From an uncultured bacterium (GTDB lineage: Bacteria > Zixibacteria > MSB-5A5 > CAIYYT01): DNA of 64,000 nucleotides. The stretch's first letter is position 1. Each line of letters begins with the position of its first letter. This document shows positions 22,272 to 32,959 of this stretch, piece by piece. A program made the position numbers and the translations under genes. Where the stretch lies: contig CAVSCK010000004.1 of assembly GCA_963726455.1 (NCBI GenBank), positions 768,001 to 832,000 on the forward strand. The letters are read 5' to 3'. Below the pieces are notes generated by a model that saw only the letters and a program-made list of their open reading frames with translations, was not told where the DNA came from and ran no database searches.

Positions 22272-23043
22272 CCAACATCTCCATTATTTGTTTCGCATTA
22301 GACACGGCCTGGCCGCGATGGCAGTTGTTGAAGAACAGATAAATAGTATCCGTCTCCTTCTGCATCCGTTTGATTTTCTCTACCCACTCGGCCAGTTCTT
22401 CCCTACTATATGAATAGTTATACCTATCAGACCCTTTGCCGCTGTACCAATCTTTTGCATTGCGGCCATGAAATCGCACATACCCGATCGAAGTCGTCGC
22501 AACCGCCAGCGGCTCCATCATCTTCTCCAATTGAGGTTCATCGACAGAAACGAAGCCAATCTCTAGCAATTTCAACAACTCGAAGATCTCCTGGCGAACC
22601 CAACTGGCATGCCGAAATTCGACGAAAAGTGGCAGCGTACCCAACATCTCGCGGCATCTTTTGAGATGGTCAATGTGCGCCGGGACGCGAGGAAACGACC
22701 ACGGGAACTGCGCCAGAATACCCTTGAACTTGCCCGATTCGATCATCGGGCGGACGGCTTCAAGGTACTTGGGTGTTTCCTGCTCCAACTGGTCACGCTT
22801 ATGCGTAAGTGATTGGTGCGCTTTGACCATGAAGTCGAACCCGGGCGGCGTCTTGCGCACCATGGCCTCGAAAACCCGCGCATTCGGGATGCCGTAATAG
22901 GTTGAGTTTATTTCCACGGTATCAAAATGTCCGACATAGAAATCCAGCATCTTGGTCTTTTCAATCTTCTCCGGGTAGAACACGCCACGCCAATCCTCAA
23001 AGGAGTATCCCGATGTGCCGACTCGAACTAACCCATTGCTCAT
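22255..23043 (-). CDS. DUF72 (YecE-like) protein
   Basis: VGTSGYS..W.GVFYP; VEINSTYY; YVRFHGRN; FFNNCH. Confidence 0.93.
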   Translation of the reverse strand: MSNGLVRVGTSGYSFEDWRGVFYPEKIEKTKMLDFYVGHFDTVEINSTYYGIPNARVFEAMVRKTPPGFDFMVKAHQSLTHKRDQLEQETPKYLEAVRPMIESGKFKGILAQFPWSFPRVPAHIDHLKRCREMLGTLPLFVEFRHASWVRQEIFELLKLLEIGFVSVDEPQLEKMMEPLAVATTSIGYVRFHGRNAKDWYSGKGSDRYNYSYSREELAEWVEKIKRMQKETDTIYLFFNNCHRGQAVSNAKQIMEMLDVQRN

Positions 23044-23211
23044 AAATGAATTAAAACATTTTTCGCCACAGGGCAAATAATTTTTAACCGCTCTTCTCTC
23101 GTTTTCTAATCTGCTGAAAACGAACTTTACCGCACCTGGGACAAATCCACTTGCGCTGCTTGTGAAACGTACGCTTCTGTTCCTCCATTTGTATCTGACA
23201 TTTCTTGCACA

Positions 23212-23838
23212 TCATATTATGTGGAGCACATCGCCCAACAGAAACTCCATTCTACCAATCAAGAGCGTCATCCGGGATGTGACCGTGTACCCGAACGTCG
23301 CTCCGAAAAAGATCATCAGAAAATAGACGCCGATCTGGCTGATTGCGTTGAAGAACCGTGTGTCGGGCCGCGTGTAGAAAAAATAGACCATCACGGTAAC
23401 TACTCCGACCAGCGAGATGAGCAGGCCGACCAGGGCCAGAGCCGAAACAGTTCCTGCGGCAACATCACTGAACGGCGCAATACCGGCGGCGATTTGCTGC
23501 AGCACGCGGGCATCAAACATCGCCGGAATACTCACACCGGCGCCGGCACCTATTACCAGTGCAAGCACGGGTTTGCTCAAGTATGATAACGAACTCTTCA
23601 AGCGAAGCAACAGCAGCAAACTCAAGGCGAATGGAATGACGCTCAACAGACGTCCATCGACAAAGAGCGGATATAACAGTTTTGGAATGAGTACTGAGTT
23701 CCACAACAGCACCAACGAGAAGCCGACGGATAATCCGATCAGCAAGTGCTCGCAGGCGCGATAAAACGGATTATCGCGATAGAGAAATGAGAAAATGCCG
23801 AGAGTTACGATCGCGGCGGCCAATGTGGCTATCGCCAT
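23212..23838 (-). CDS. Conserved polytopic membrane protein (gene 4 of DUF6754-like operon)
   Basis: FSFLYRDNPFYR..EHLLIG; FFGATFGYTV.SRMTLLIGR; ~6 TM. Confidence 0.8.
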   Translation of the reverse strand: MAIATLAAAIVTLGIFSFLYRDNPFYRACEHLLIGLSVGFSLVLLWNSVLIPKLLYPLFVDGRLLSVIPFALSLLLLLRLKSSLSYLSKPVLALVIGAGAGVSIPAMFDARVLQQIAAGIAPFSDVAAGTVSALALVGLLISLVGVVTVMVYFFYTRPDTRFFNAISQIGVYFLMIFFGATFGYTVTSRMTLLIGRMEFLLGDVLHII

Positions 23839-24653
23839 TTGCGCCTCCGCCCCATGTAGTCGATGACGTTGCCGACGATGATAACAGCCACGATTACGAA
23901 CTGCGACACCGACTGCGCAAACAGGCCTCTTCCCCCACCACCAGACTCGTTCAGCAGTTGTTCGTACTCGGCCGCGCCTTTCAGCCCGGCAACCAGTCCC
24001 GCAATTTGGCCGGATGAGATATAGGGATAAAATGACGTCGCCATAGTCGCGGTCAGCACCGTCTGCAAACGTGCATGATAACGGGTGACCGCATAATCGA
24101 CCCAATAGGTCGGCATGCTTGCATCCGTAATGGAAATCACCATGGCGATCTGATCGTAATTACTGACACCAGACAGAATCGGCAGGAACGATGTCGGATT
24201 GCCAAGATAATCTGTCGGAAACTCCTTCGGCAGCGATTCCCCTATCGCCAGCATCGCCGCTGTATATTGCGGACGAAAGCCGAGGTAGACATAATCCACG
24301 CCGTACTTCTTGCTCTTCTCTGCCGCGACCTGAGACAGTGTGTGCTCGCCCAGTGCGGTACCTTCGGCAAACAGTGATAGTCCGATCACTCGCAGATTCT
24401 TCTGAAAACAATGTCTGATAACTGCAACCGCCAACGGCTTGATTTCGGCAAAGGCGGAGGCCTCGAAGTCGAACGACATTAGTACCGCGCTTCCAGGCGC
24501 TAATGTGTCAATGTTGGCATAGAACTGCCTGGTCTCGGGCGAAGCCGAATGAGTCAACTTGATGTTGAACAACAACGGTACGGCAACTGCCAACAGTATC
24601 ACGAGAAACACAACGTGTCGAGCGGATATGGATTGCATGAATTTCGCCGTCAT
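23829..24653 (-). CDS. Membrane-anchored alpha/beta protein (gene 3; likely DUF6754-related)
   Basis: N- and C-terminal TM; YGVDYVYLGF; PYISSGQIAGLVAGLKGAAEYE. Confidence 0.8.
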   Translation of the reverse strand: MTAKFMQSISARHVVFLVILLAVAVPLLFNIKLTHSASPETRQFYANIDTLAPGSAVLMSFDFEASAFAEIKPLAVAVIRHCFQKNLRVIGLSLFAEGTALGEHTLSQVAAEKSKKYGVDYVYLGFRPQYTAAMLAIGESLPKEFPTDYLGNPTSFLPILSGVSNYDQIAMVISITDASMPTYWVDYAVTRYHARLQTVLTATMATSFYPYISSGQIAGLVAGLKGAAEYEQLLNESGGGGRGLFAQSVSQFVIVAVIIVGNVIDYMGRRRKWR

Positions 24654-25261
24654 CGATAGCTCCGTTCGATCCCGAGAATGACCCTCAACGCCGTTGCGAC
24701 AGAGCCGATTCCAACGCCAATGAGAATACCGCGTTTGGCTGCCGTGGACGGATTGTTCAGCACCCAGCCGGCGATGTCGGGCAGTTGTTGCGAAATCATT
24801 TCGCTGAAACCACTTTTGCCGACCAGCACAATTACCGCTGCGAGCGCCAGCACAAACGCGGGACGCGAGCGAACCCGGAACCCGCGGTAAGCCGCCGAGG
24901 CGACAAAGAACGCCAGCAACGAGAATGTCGTTGCCTGCATCGGCGCCTGGAGATTGTTGAACGCCCACTGATAAGGCGAACTCGCACCTGCGCCTGCTAC
25001 GATGGCAGCAATGATCATGAATAAAATGGCGCCGACGGCGATCAAGCTGTAGCCGCGCTGTTGGGGCGAACGCTGAATCTTGATTGTGTGCTGCTTGAGC
25101 AGACCGATACCGCCGACAATCATCGTTACTGCAAAGACGATCTGGTAGTAGTCCAGAAGCGTTGAGTAGACAGCAGTCGTGGCCGGTGTCCTGAGGAAAT
25201 ACTGCGCCATCATAAAGAGGCCGGTAATCAGCGTCACGATCAATGCCAGCCGGTTGATCAC
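24650..25261 (-). CDS. Conserved polytopic membrane protein (gene 2)
   Basis: FSLLAFFVASAAYRGFRVRS; LRVILGIER; ~6 TM. Confidence 0.8.
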   Translation of the reverse strand: MINRLALIVTLITGLFMMAQYFLRTPATTAVYSTLLDYYQIVFAVTMIVGGIGLLKQHTIKIQRSPQQRGYSLIAVGAILFMIIAAIVAGAGASSPYQWAFNNLQAPMQATTFSLLAFFVASAAYRGFRVRSRPAFVLALAAVIVLVGKSGFSEMISQQLPDIAGWVLNNPSTAAKRGILIGVGIGSVATALRVILGIERSYR

Positions 25262-26053
25262 AATATCCTCCGATAAACATTGACACCGAAGATCGCCAGC
25301 ACTGGAAGCAGGAGAAGCAGCGCAACAATCAGCAAGCGCACCAGGTCTTGCGCGTACATTGATGATTTGACACGATAGTCATCCGTCAAATATGCCGACG
25401 CTGTGTACAGTTCCTCGCCGATCAATGTGTAATCACACGCCACGATAAAAAATGAAAGCTGTATTGTTGAATCGGTGCCCGCTATTTGTAGCGCTCCGTT
25501 GAAATTGCCTGTCTCAGCAAGGATCAGCGCCTCGCCTTCGAAGGTGCCCAGAAGGAACATCGCACCCGGTTTAAGGCGTGACACGATGCCGTCAACACCT
25601 GCGGCATAGCCGAACTGCGAAGGCGAAACAAAGGTGATATCTTCTTCGTGAAACTGGTCTGGACGACCGGCTTCGTTACACGCCGTTCTGATTATTTCCT
25701 TGGCCGTTTCGGCTATGACGGGATCGTGGGTCGGAAAGATGAATGCGACAACCGTATGCTGCCGCCTTGGTGGCGACAAAACGCAACAGGTTCAGTGCGG
25801 CGAGAGTCGTCGGACGCTGAATGTCGCCTCCCCAACCGGTCGTAAAAACGATGGGCTTGCCCTGTTCGGTAGCACGACCGATGGCTTCTTCAATCGCTTT
25901 GATACCCGGTATAGTGCGCAACGGCAGGCGCGGCTGGCGCAGGCGATAACTGAAATAGGTAACGACACCGCCGGTCAGCAGCACCCAAATCAGGAGCATC
26001 AACGACGCCCGATCAAACGCACCCGCTACGAGAACGAATGAAACCATGTTCAC
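25258..26053 (-). CDS. DUF6754-like protein (gene 1; frameshift ~25743)
   Basis: IPGIKAIEEAIGRATEQGKPI; EALILAETG..GALQIAGT..FFIVACDYTLIGEELYTASAYL; family name from recall. Confidence 0.78.
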
Positions 26054-26175
26054 ACCAATTCAGCCAAAAGCGTTACAGTATGGCGCCTGCAGATTTTGAG
26101 ATCAACAAAAATATCTGGGCGACTGCCGCCCCGGTTTTAGTTGACAAAAATGCGCCGTGGCTGTTTGATACTCGC

Positions 26176-27441
26176 ATGCGACACCTCAAAAACACACTGC
26201 ACTTATTGGGTATTGCGCTATTTTTGGCAGGCCTTCCATTTCTGATTTTGTCCTGCGGAAAATCATCTTCCGGAAACAATGCCATAGCCTTCTGGCAGTT
26301 CTGGACAAGCCCCGACGTGAAGCCAACAGTACGGCAATTGGCCGATGATTTTGAGAAGACTCACAACGGAATTAAGGTGGAGCTCGGCGACCTGACCTGG
26401 TCGGATGGGCACGAGAAGATTGCAATTGCACTCGCGGCCGGCAGCGGCCCCGACGTTATCGAACTCGGCTCCGACTGGATTGCCGAATTCGCAGCAAGCG
26501 GGAAACTACTCGATCTCACAGACGCCACCTCCGGTTTGAAGGATAGTCTGGTGATGTGGGACCCTGCGATTTACCAGGGCAAACGCTATGCTGTTCCCTG
26601 GATGCTAGGCACGCGGGTTCTGTTCTGCAACAGGACTTTGTTAAGAGAAGCGGGCTACGAGGATTCGTTCGTGCCTAAAACCTGGGTCGAACTGGCTGAG
26701 GCGGCGGCAAAGATCAACAGACTTGGCAGCGGCCGCTTTGGCTTCGGATCGAATTCGGCGGAACGACATCGACTCTACAAGAAATATCTTCCCTTCTTCT
26801 GGTCTGCCGGCGGCGAAGTATTCAACGGCGACATGACAGCGACCCAATTTAGTTCTGACGCCGGCCGCAAGAGCATGGAATATTACCTGCGCCTGGCGGC
26901 AAATGGTTTGACGGAAACACAATCTCGCATCGAGGATTACTTCGCTGCAGGCAAAATCGGATTCGTGATCTCAGGTGAATGGCTGGTAAAGCGGTTGGAG
27001 CGTTCTGAAAGATCATTCGACTATTTCGTCACAACCATGCCTTCCCCCGGCGGCAGGAAGCCGGGCGTGTCATTTGCGGGTGGTGAATATCTAGTGATCA
27101 AGGCGTCGTCGAAGGCCGCGCCAATGGCGTTCGAGATGATTCGGTCTTTCGTGCAACCACAGAACGACACCATGTTCGCAACGGCGACCGGAAGCTTCAC
27201 GCCGGTGAACAAATATTCCACGATGGCATTCCCGAGTACGCTGACGCCGATCGCTTCGGTATTTCAGGAGCAACTGCGCAACTCACGCTCCACACCGGTA
27301 CATCCGGCCTGGGTTTCGCTTGAAGAAGCACTGGAACGCGGCATTGAACAGGCGCTGTACAAGAAACAATCCCCGGAATCGGCGCTGCAAATGATCGACA
27401 GCGATTGCGCTGCCATACTCAAGAAATATGCCGGCCAATAG
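26176..27441 (+). CDS. Sugar ABC transporter substrate-binding lipoprotein
   Basis: ILSC lipobox; AAGSGPDV, YAVPW, FAGGEYL. Confidence 0.92.
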   Translation: MRHLKNTLHLLGIALFLAGLPFLILSCGKSSSGNNAIAFWQFWTSPDVKPTVRQLADDFEKTHNGIKVELGDLTWSDGHEKIAIALAAGSGPDVIELGSDWIAEFAASGKLLDLTDATSGLKDSLVMWDPAIYQGKRYAVPWMLGTRVLFCNRTLLREAGYEDSFVPKTWVELAEAAAKINRLGSGRFGFGSNSAERHRLYKKYLPFFWSAGGEVFNGDMTATQFSSDAGRKSMEYYLRLAANGLTETQSRIEDYFAAGKIGFVISGEWLVKRLERSERSFDYFVTTMPSPGGRKPGVSFAGGEYLVIKASSKAAPMAFEMIRSFVQPQNDTMFATATGSFTPVNKYSTMAFPSTLTPIASVFQEQLRNSRSTPVHPAWVSLEEALERGIEQALYKKQSPESALQMIDSDCAAILKKYAGQ

Positions 27442-28310
27442 CACGCAGCGTCTGCGTATCTCGGATTACTTCTTTCTGTCGCCTTGGCTGTTGACGCTGC
27501 TGATATTCTGGCTCTTTCCGATTCTGGCGTCATTGCTCCTGAGTTTCACCGACTATCGCCTTTTGTCAAGCGGGTATAACTTTCGTCGGTGTCGACAATT
27601 TCGTGGCGCTGCTTCGTGATCCGACTTTCGTCAGAGCCATCGTAAATACATTCCTATTCACAGTCGGTACACTGCCATTCACTACTTGCTTTGCCATTCT
27701 GCTGGCGGTCTTTCTGAATCGGAGTCTGCCGTTACGGACATTTTTCCAGTCGGTATACTTCTTCCCGTCGATGGTGTCGCTCGTCGTAGTCGCCCTGATC
27801 TTCACTTCTCTATATGCGCGCGGCGGCTACATACAACAGCTCTGCGGCCTGGTGGGAGTCTCCGCGCCCTCCGACGGCTTCTTGTTCTCGACTGCAACGG
27901 CGCTGCCGGCGATCATGGCGATGGATGTCTGGATGTCGACCGGCTATTACATGCTGCTATTTCTTGCGGCTCTGCAATCAATTCCCAATGAACTATATGA
28001 AGCTGCACGTCTCGACGGCGCAAGTGCCTGGCGGCAGTTTCAGGTGGTTACGCTGCCGCATCTGAAGCCGATGCTGTTGTTTGTGGTCGTCCTGAACAGC
28101 ATCAAATCGTTTCAGGTATTCGTCGAAGTGTTCGTCATGACCAAGGGCGGTCCGCTCAATTCGACCATGACGATGGTGTATTTCGTTTACGAGGAAGGCC
28201 TGCACAAATTCAACATCGGTTACGGCGCCGCGGCGGCGAATATACTATTCTTGATTATCGCAATTGTCTCCTTTTTGGAACTGAAACTCATCAAGGAAAA
28301 GACTGCGTAG
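27428..28310 (+). CDS. Carbohydrate ABC permease (frameshift ~27582)
   Basis: LYEAARLDGA EAA loop; extra T in a T-run. Confidence 0.9.
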
Positions 28311-28311
28311 A

Positions 28312-29130
28312 ATGAACCGCCCGCTAAAGTCATACGCCAACTTGGCCGTCGCGATTGTGATTGCACTGATCATGCTCCTGCCGTTCGCCTACCTTCTGCT
28401 CGGCGCGTTGGCCAAAACATTTTCGCTGACCGGAATGATCGATTCTGCAAATTACCGCCTGACTTTCGCCAACTTCAGCGCCCTGTTTGCGCGCGCCGAA
28501 CTGTATCTGCCCCTTGTCAACTCGATTATCGTTGCCGGCATTGTCACTATCGGCAATCTCTTCTTCTGCACTCTTTGCGGCTATGTGCTGGCGCGCCGTC
28601 GCTTCCGAGGCAAAGGGATACTGACGATGACCGTGATCCTCGTCTTGATGGTGCCGATACACGTCGTGATTATTCCAATGTATTTGATGACCAACTGGCT
28701 GGGCATTTTCGACACTTATTTGGCGCTGATCTTGCCGTTCCTCGTCAGCCCGTTGGGAATCTTTCTGATGCGACAGTACATTTCGGCGATACCTCCCGAT
28801 ATGGAGGACTCCGCGCGACTTGAAGGCGCCGGCGAATTGACCATCATCTGGCGCATCGTGATGCCGTTGTGCAAACCGGCGCTGGCGGTGCTTGCGGTAC
28901 AAACTTTCATGGTCAATTGGAATTCGTTCATCTACCCCTTTATCCTGACGTCGTCCGAATCCATGCGAACGTTGCCGGTTGCGCTGGCGCTGTTGCAGGG
29001 ATATCAAAACATCGACGTGCCTCAATTATTCGCGGCATCAGTAATCTCAGTGCTGCCAACAACGATTCTTTTCGTCGCCTACTCGAAACGAATTACTGAG
29101 GGGATTATCGCCGGCGCGCTCAAGGGTTAG
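28312..29130 (+). CDS. Carbohydrate ABC permease
   Basis: MEDSARLEGA; WNSFIYP; RTLPVAL. Confidence 0.93.
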   Translation: MNRPLKSYANLAVAIVIALIMLLPFAYLLLGALAKTFSLTGMIDSANYRLTFANFSALFARAELYLPLVNSIIVAGIVTIGNLFFCTLCGYVLARRRFRGKGILTMTVILVLMVPIHVVIIPMYLMTNWLGIFDTYLALILPFLVSPLGIFLMRQYISAIPPDMEDSARLEGAGELTIIWRIVMPLCKPALAVLAVQTFMVNWNSFIYPFILTSSESMRTLPVALALLQGYQNIDVPQLFAASVISVLPTTILFVAYSKRITEGIIAGALKG

Positions 29131-29139
29131 CGCGCATCA

Positions 29140-30987
29140 CTATTTGCCGCAGTTGGACTTTTCGACTTCGCTGTCGACGAAATCCATCACGCCTTCAACA
29201 ATGGCTTCTGCGGTCTTCTTCTGGAACGCCGGGTCTTTCAAGTCCATCTCCTGTTCTGGAATCATCATGAATGCACACTCCACCAGGATCGCCAGATAGC
29301 CGGTCGGGCGCACTACCGCAAAATTGCCGTTGTACAGGCCGATATCGGTCAGTCCCGTTGCCTTCACCAGTCGCGCTTGCACGCACTTGGCGAGATCGTG
29401 CGATTGCGGTTCGTAGTAGTAGGTCGAACTGCCGCTGTTATAAAATGGATTGATGCCGTCCGGCAGTGCATTGTTGTGAATCGAAATGTAAAAGTCGGGG
29501 CTATATCTGTAGGCCAGCTTCGGTCGATCATACAGTGCGATTCCAGTGTCGCCATTTCGGGTCATATAGACCGTCGCCTTGCGATCGCGCAATTGCTCTG
29601 CCACATCCAGCGCGATGGCCAGATTAGCATCTTTCTCGGCATAACCAGTTGGTCCGACCGCACCTGGATCAGGCGAGTGGCCGGGATCAATCACGAACTT
29701 GAGCCCCTTGAGCTTCTCCTCGAAATGCGGACGATTGCGCAATTTGAGATTGAAGCGTGTTCCTTCATAGTAGCAGTCGTATCCCCAGAGCGTTTGATTG
29801 AGGTCGATCGTTAGTCGCAACAACCCGACCTGCGGCTGACTCCATTCAATGCGATTGATCAGACTGTCATTCGTATCGTAGCGGATGAAATCGATTGAGG
29901 ATGTCGCATTGAATATATCAACACAGACTTCGTTTTCGACAGGGTCTTCCTCAACGCGGTAAGGCACTTTGGCGCCGAGATTGAAAGTGACTAACACACC
30001 ACGATCGACTTTGCGCGTCCGTATCAGCGATACATCGCCAGACGGCAATTGCGTTCCAACCGGAAGAATCTTCACGGAACTATCGGGCACCCAGCCGTCG
30101 ACGTCAGTCAGAAGCCGCGCCCGGTAGTGGTCATTATACTTGCCCGTGATCCGCAGCCGAATGCCTTTCGGTTGATAGACTGCCAGGTATCCTTTCCGCG
30201 GGCCCGTGCGAATAGTCTGCACGGAGTCGATCAATTCTCCGATGACCACCTTCGAAGCTGGCATTACCGCAACAGCCGCGTCATTACTTCGGTTCACGCA
30301 GCCGCAATCGGCTAATTGCTGTTTGAAAGTCTTGTCTTTGGTGCCGAGCTTCTTGAGCAGTTTGCGGCATAGATAGTAGTCGATCTTGTTGGAGTCGCTC
30401 ACATGCTTATCTGTAAGAACCTCGCAGCCGGTGTAGACTCCCCGCACCAACAGGGATTCGGGATACTCGCCGCTCCCCCACAACGCATCTGCCCAGTAAC
30501 TCTGTTGCGTCGGCGGTGTCTCGGTCATTCGATACAGGTCGGCGTCGCTGGAAAGCTTGAAATATCCAAACATGCCCGGCGTGCCTCGGAAAGAAGTGTT
30601 GAAGAGATCGCCTTCCATGAGCATGATGTCATTGGAGGGCGACATGTAACCTTTGACAATTGCAGGTCCCAGTCCCTCGGGAATCTCATATGGTTGAGGA
30701 ACATCAATCGGCACTTCTAGTGTCGCCGATTGACCTTTGAGCGAGGCTTCGAGACGAAATACGAATGAGCCCGACCTGACCGCCAGCCAGCCGAGAAAGG
30801 CGCCGTCAGGATAGACCTTGACATCAATACCGTTAATCCTCAGTTTCGATTCCGGGGTTACGTTTCCGAAAATGAACATTGAATCGACCGCCGCGATTCG
30901 CTGTTTGGCTTTGGGATATATTACCTCTATTCGCGGCTTCTCTTGTGCCACGGCGCTTGCCGCGCAGAATACCAGAACCAGCAACAT
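29140..30987 (-). CDS. N-acetylmuramoyl-L-alanine amidase (Amidase_3)
   Basis: IDPGH, EKDANL, SIHNNA, ILVECAF. Confidence 0.93.
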   Translation of the reverse strand: MLLVLVFCAASAVAQEKPRIEVIYPKAKQRIAAVDSMFIFGNVTPESKLRINGIDVKVYPDGAFLGWLAVRSGSFVFRLEASLKGQSATLEVPIDVPQPYEIPEGLGPAIVKGYMSPSNDIMLMEGDLFNTSFRGTPGMFGYFKLSSDADLYRMTETPPTQQSYWADALWGSGEYPESLLVRGVYTGCEVLTDKHVSDSNKIDYYLCRKLLKKLGTKDKTFKQQLADCGCVNRSNDAAVAVMPASKVVIGELIDSVQTIRTGPRKGYLAVYQPKGIRLRITGKYNDHYRARLLTDVDGWVPDSSVKILPVGTQLPSGDVSLIRTRKVDRGVLVTFNLGAKVPYRVEEDPVENEVCVDIFNATSSIDFIRYDTNDSLINRIEWSQPQVGLLRLTIDLNQTLWGYDCYYEGTRFNLKLRNRPHFEEKLKGLKFVIDPGHSPDPGAVGPTGYAEKDANLAIALDVAEQLRDRKATVYMTRNGDTGIALYDRPKLAYRYSPDFYISIHNNALPDGINPFYNSGSSTYYYEPQSHDLAKCVQARLVKATGLTDIGLYNGNFAVVRPTGYLAILVECAFMMIPEQEMDLKDPAFQKKTAEAIVEGVMDFVDSEVEKSNCGK

Positions 30988-30988
30988 C

Positions 30989-32008
30989 CTAAGCAAGTGT
31001 GTTCTCCTCCGTCGTAATACCGATTCCCGGGCCTTCCGGCAGCAGTAGAGTTTCTCCCACGAATTGTGCGCCCCAGTAAGGATCATTTGCCGTCAGCAGG
31101 ATCGCGTCGAGATCGAAGTAATCAAAGAGTGATTCCAGGTGTAGCGCGGCCGTAATGCCGATTGCGGTTTCAATCATGCAGCCGAGCATGAGCTTTAGGT
31201 TATGCTTTCTCGCGCGCTCGGCGATCTCCATTGCCAGCGTGATGCCACCGCATCTCATAAGTTTGACATTCACGCCGTCAATAACCGCCGCAAATTTGTC
31301 GACGTCAGCGACCGTGACTACGGATTCATCCAGAAAGATGCTGCACGCAACTTTCGTCTTTATCTTGTCCAACTCCGCTATTTCGGGATTAGTCAACGGT
31401 TGCTCGATGAAATCAACCGGGTATCCTCGCAACTGTCGCAAGGCATCGATTGTCTGATCGACTGTCCAGCCACCGTTGGCATCGAGGCGCAGGCGACAGT
31501 CCTTGTGCTTCAATATGTAATCAACGAAATCCAGATCACGCGCAAAGCCAACTTTGATTTTGATCGCACTGAACGGCTCCGCGCGCTCCAACTGCTTCTG
31601 CACCTCTTCTTCGGTGCCGGGTGTAATCGTAAAAGAGCTGACAGCTTTGCGGGGCTTTGGGAGATTCAGATACTGCCAGAGTGGAATTCCTTTTTGCCTC
31701 GCGCGATTGTCGAGATAAGCCATTTCGAGCCCGCAGCGGGCGACATTCATTTCTCGCGGCAGTTGTTCAATAAATTCTCGAAGACTGTCTTCGTCGATAT
31801 TACCACCATACTCCCTGAGCCGTAGGTCGAGCACCTCTTTCATTTCGCTCGCGGATTTCCCGTAGTGAACTGATGGCGAGCCCTCGCCCAGGCCACTGCC
31901 GTACCTAACGATCAGGGTATCTTTCTCTTCTGCCTTTGCCTTGGAGATGTTAAAGGATTGCTTCAACCGCAGCCGGTAAAGTCTTAGCGTCACAGGATAA
32001 TTAGCCAC
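30989..32008 (-). CDS. Dipeptide (L-Ala-D/L-Glu) epimerase, enolase superfamily
   Basis: KIKVG, DANGGW, EQP, DES, GCMIE, DLD. Confidence 0.9.
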   Translation of the reverse strand: MANYPVTLRLYRLRLKQSFNISKAKAEEKDTLIVRYGSGLGEGSPSVHYGKSASEMKEVLDLRLREYGGNIDEDSLREFIEQLPREMNVARCGLEMAYLDNRARQKGIPLWQYLNLPKPRKAVSSFTITPGTEEEVQKQLERAEPFSAIKIKVGFARDLDFVDYILKHKDCRLRLDANGGWTVDQTIDALRQLRGYPVDFIEQPLTNPEIAELDKIKTKVACSIFLDESVVTVADVDKFAAVIDGVNVKLMRCGGITLAMEIAERARKHNLKLMLGCMIETAIGITAALHLESLFDYFDLDAILLTANDPYWGAQFVGETLLLPEGPGIGITTEENTLA

Positions 32009-32047
32009 GCATCTCGCCTCGTTCAGTCGAAAGCCAGTCCATTCTGT

Positions 32048-32797
32048 TCACGGCAATACCCTCCTGACCGCCCTGACCTTGTCCGCCAAGTCAGCTCGAA
32101 AATCGGGCGCATCCTTGTCAAGCGACTCAATCACAACCATACCACGCAATCGTGTCGCGTGAATGATCCGCAATCCCCCAAGACATATCGCCACATGGCC
32201 GGGAAAGAAAATCAGATCACTGTCGCGTGCATTTGCCAGTGTCACCTCGCTTCCCAACCTGCTCTGGTCTTTGCTGTCGCGAGGAAGATTGACACCGCAC
32301 CGACTGTACACTGCCTGCACCAGTCCGCTGCAGTCGTAACCAAACGGAGATGAACCGCCCCACAGATAAGGCGCCGACAGGAGCGTCCGGGCAATTTGGT
32401 TCGGTATCAGTTCGGCACGCTGCATGACGCTATCCACGTCGCCGGAGATAGTGGTCATTTTCGACTGTGTGCAGATTTCCCGATACACACCGCCTGATTT
32501 TTCGGGATACACCAACGCACCGAACGGCAAAACTAACTCGCTACCATTCTCCATTGTGAAAGTTGCCCACCGGGAGGCAACCACGGCAGGATTCGGCAAC
32601 GAGTCGTCAGTCTCCTCCAGGTAACTCTCGGCCAGAAAGCCGTCGTACCCGTCGCCAGTGCGCACGCGGCAGAATTTCTCTGCCTGATCGATTAGCTCTA
32701 CGCAATGGCCGTACAAGACCTGCGACATGCGTTCGCAACCATGACGGGGTTCACGCCGAAGATCGGCAACGGGAACGATCACAATGCGGGAAGACAT
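32048..32797 (-). CDS. SH3 + NlpC/P60 (C40) peptidase, YkfC-like
   Basis: SQVLYG; PYLWGG..DCSG..LPRDS..GHV..H. Confidence 0.92.
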   Translation of the reverse strand: MSSRIVIVPVADLRREPRHGCERMSQVLYGHCVELIDQAEKFCRVRTGDGYDGFLAESYLEETDDSLPNPAVVASRWATFTMENGSELVLPFGALVYPEKSGGVYREICTQSKMTTISGDVDSVMQRAELIPNQIARTLLSAPYLWGGSSPFGYDCSGLVQAVYSRCGVNLPRDSKDQSRLGSEVTLANARDSDLIFFPGHVAICLGGLRIIHATRLRGMVVIESLDKDAPDFRADLADKVRAVRRVLP

Positions 32798-32908
32798 AGG
32801 TCAATAAAGGGCAGACTCAAGCCATACTTCAACAAAAATTGCATCGTCAGTTGATCGCGATTCAAGTGAATCGCAATCTCAGCCATATCAATTCATACGT
32901 CTGCCAAC

Positions 32909-32940
32909 AAAAAAGCCGGTGGAGTAATCTCCACCGGCTT
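32909..32940 (-). terminator. Intrinsic terminator after the PorV-like gene
   Basis: AAGCCGGTGGAG-atta-CTCCACCGGCTT followed by T-tract. Confidence 0.85.
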
Positions 32941-32959
32941 GAAATGAATGTCGGACAGC

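Noticed and set aside
24654-25328. N-terminal extension of the 499-aa ORF 23829..25328
   Set aside because: Overlaps the 24650-25261 gene in another frame; the likely start is ATG 24653 (ATGA coupling)
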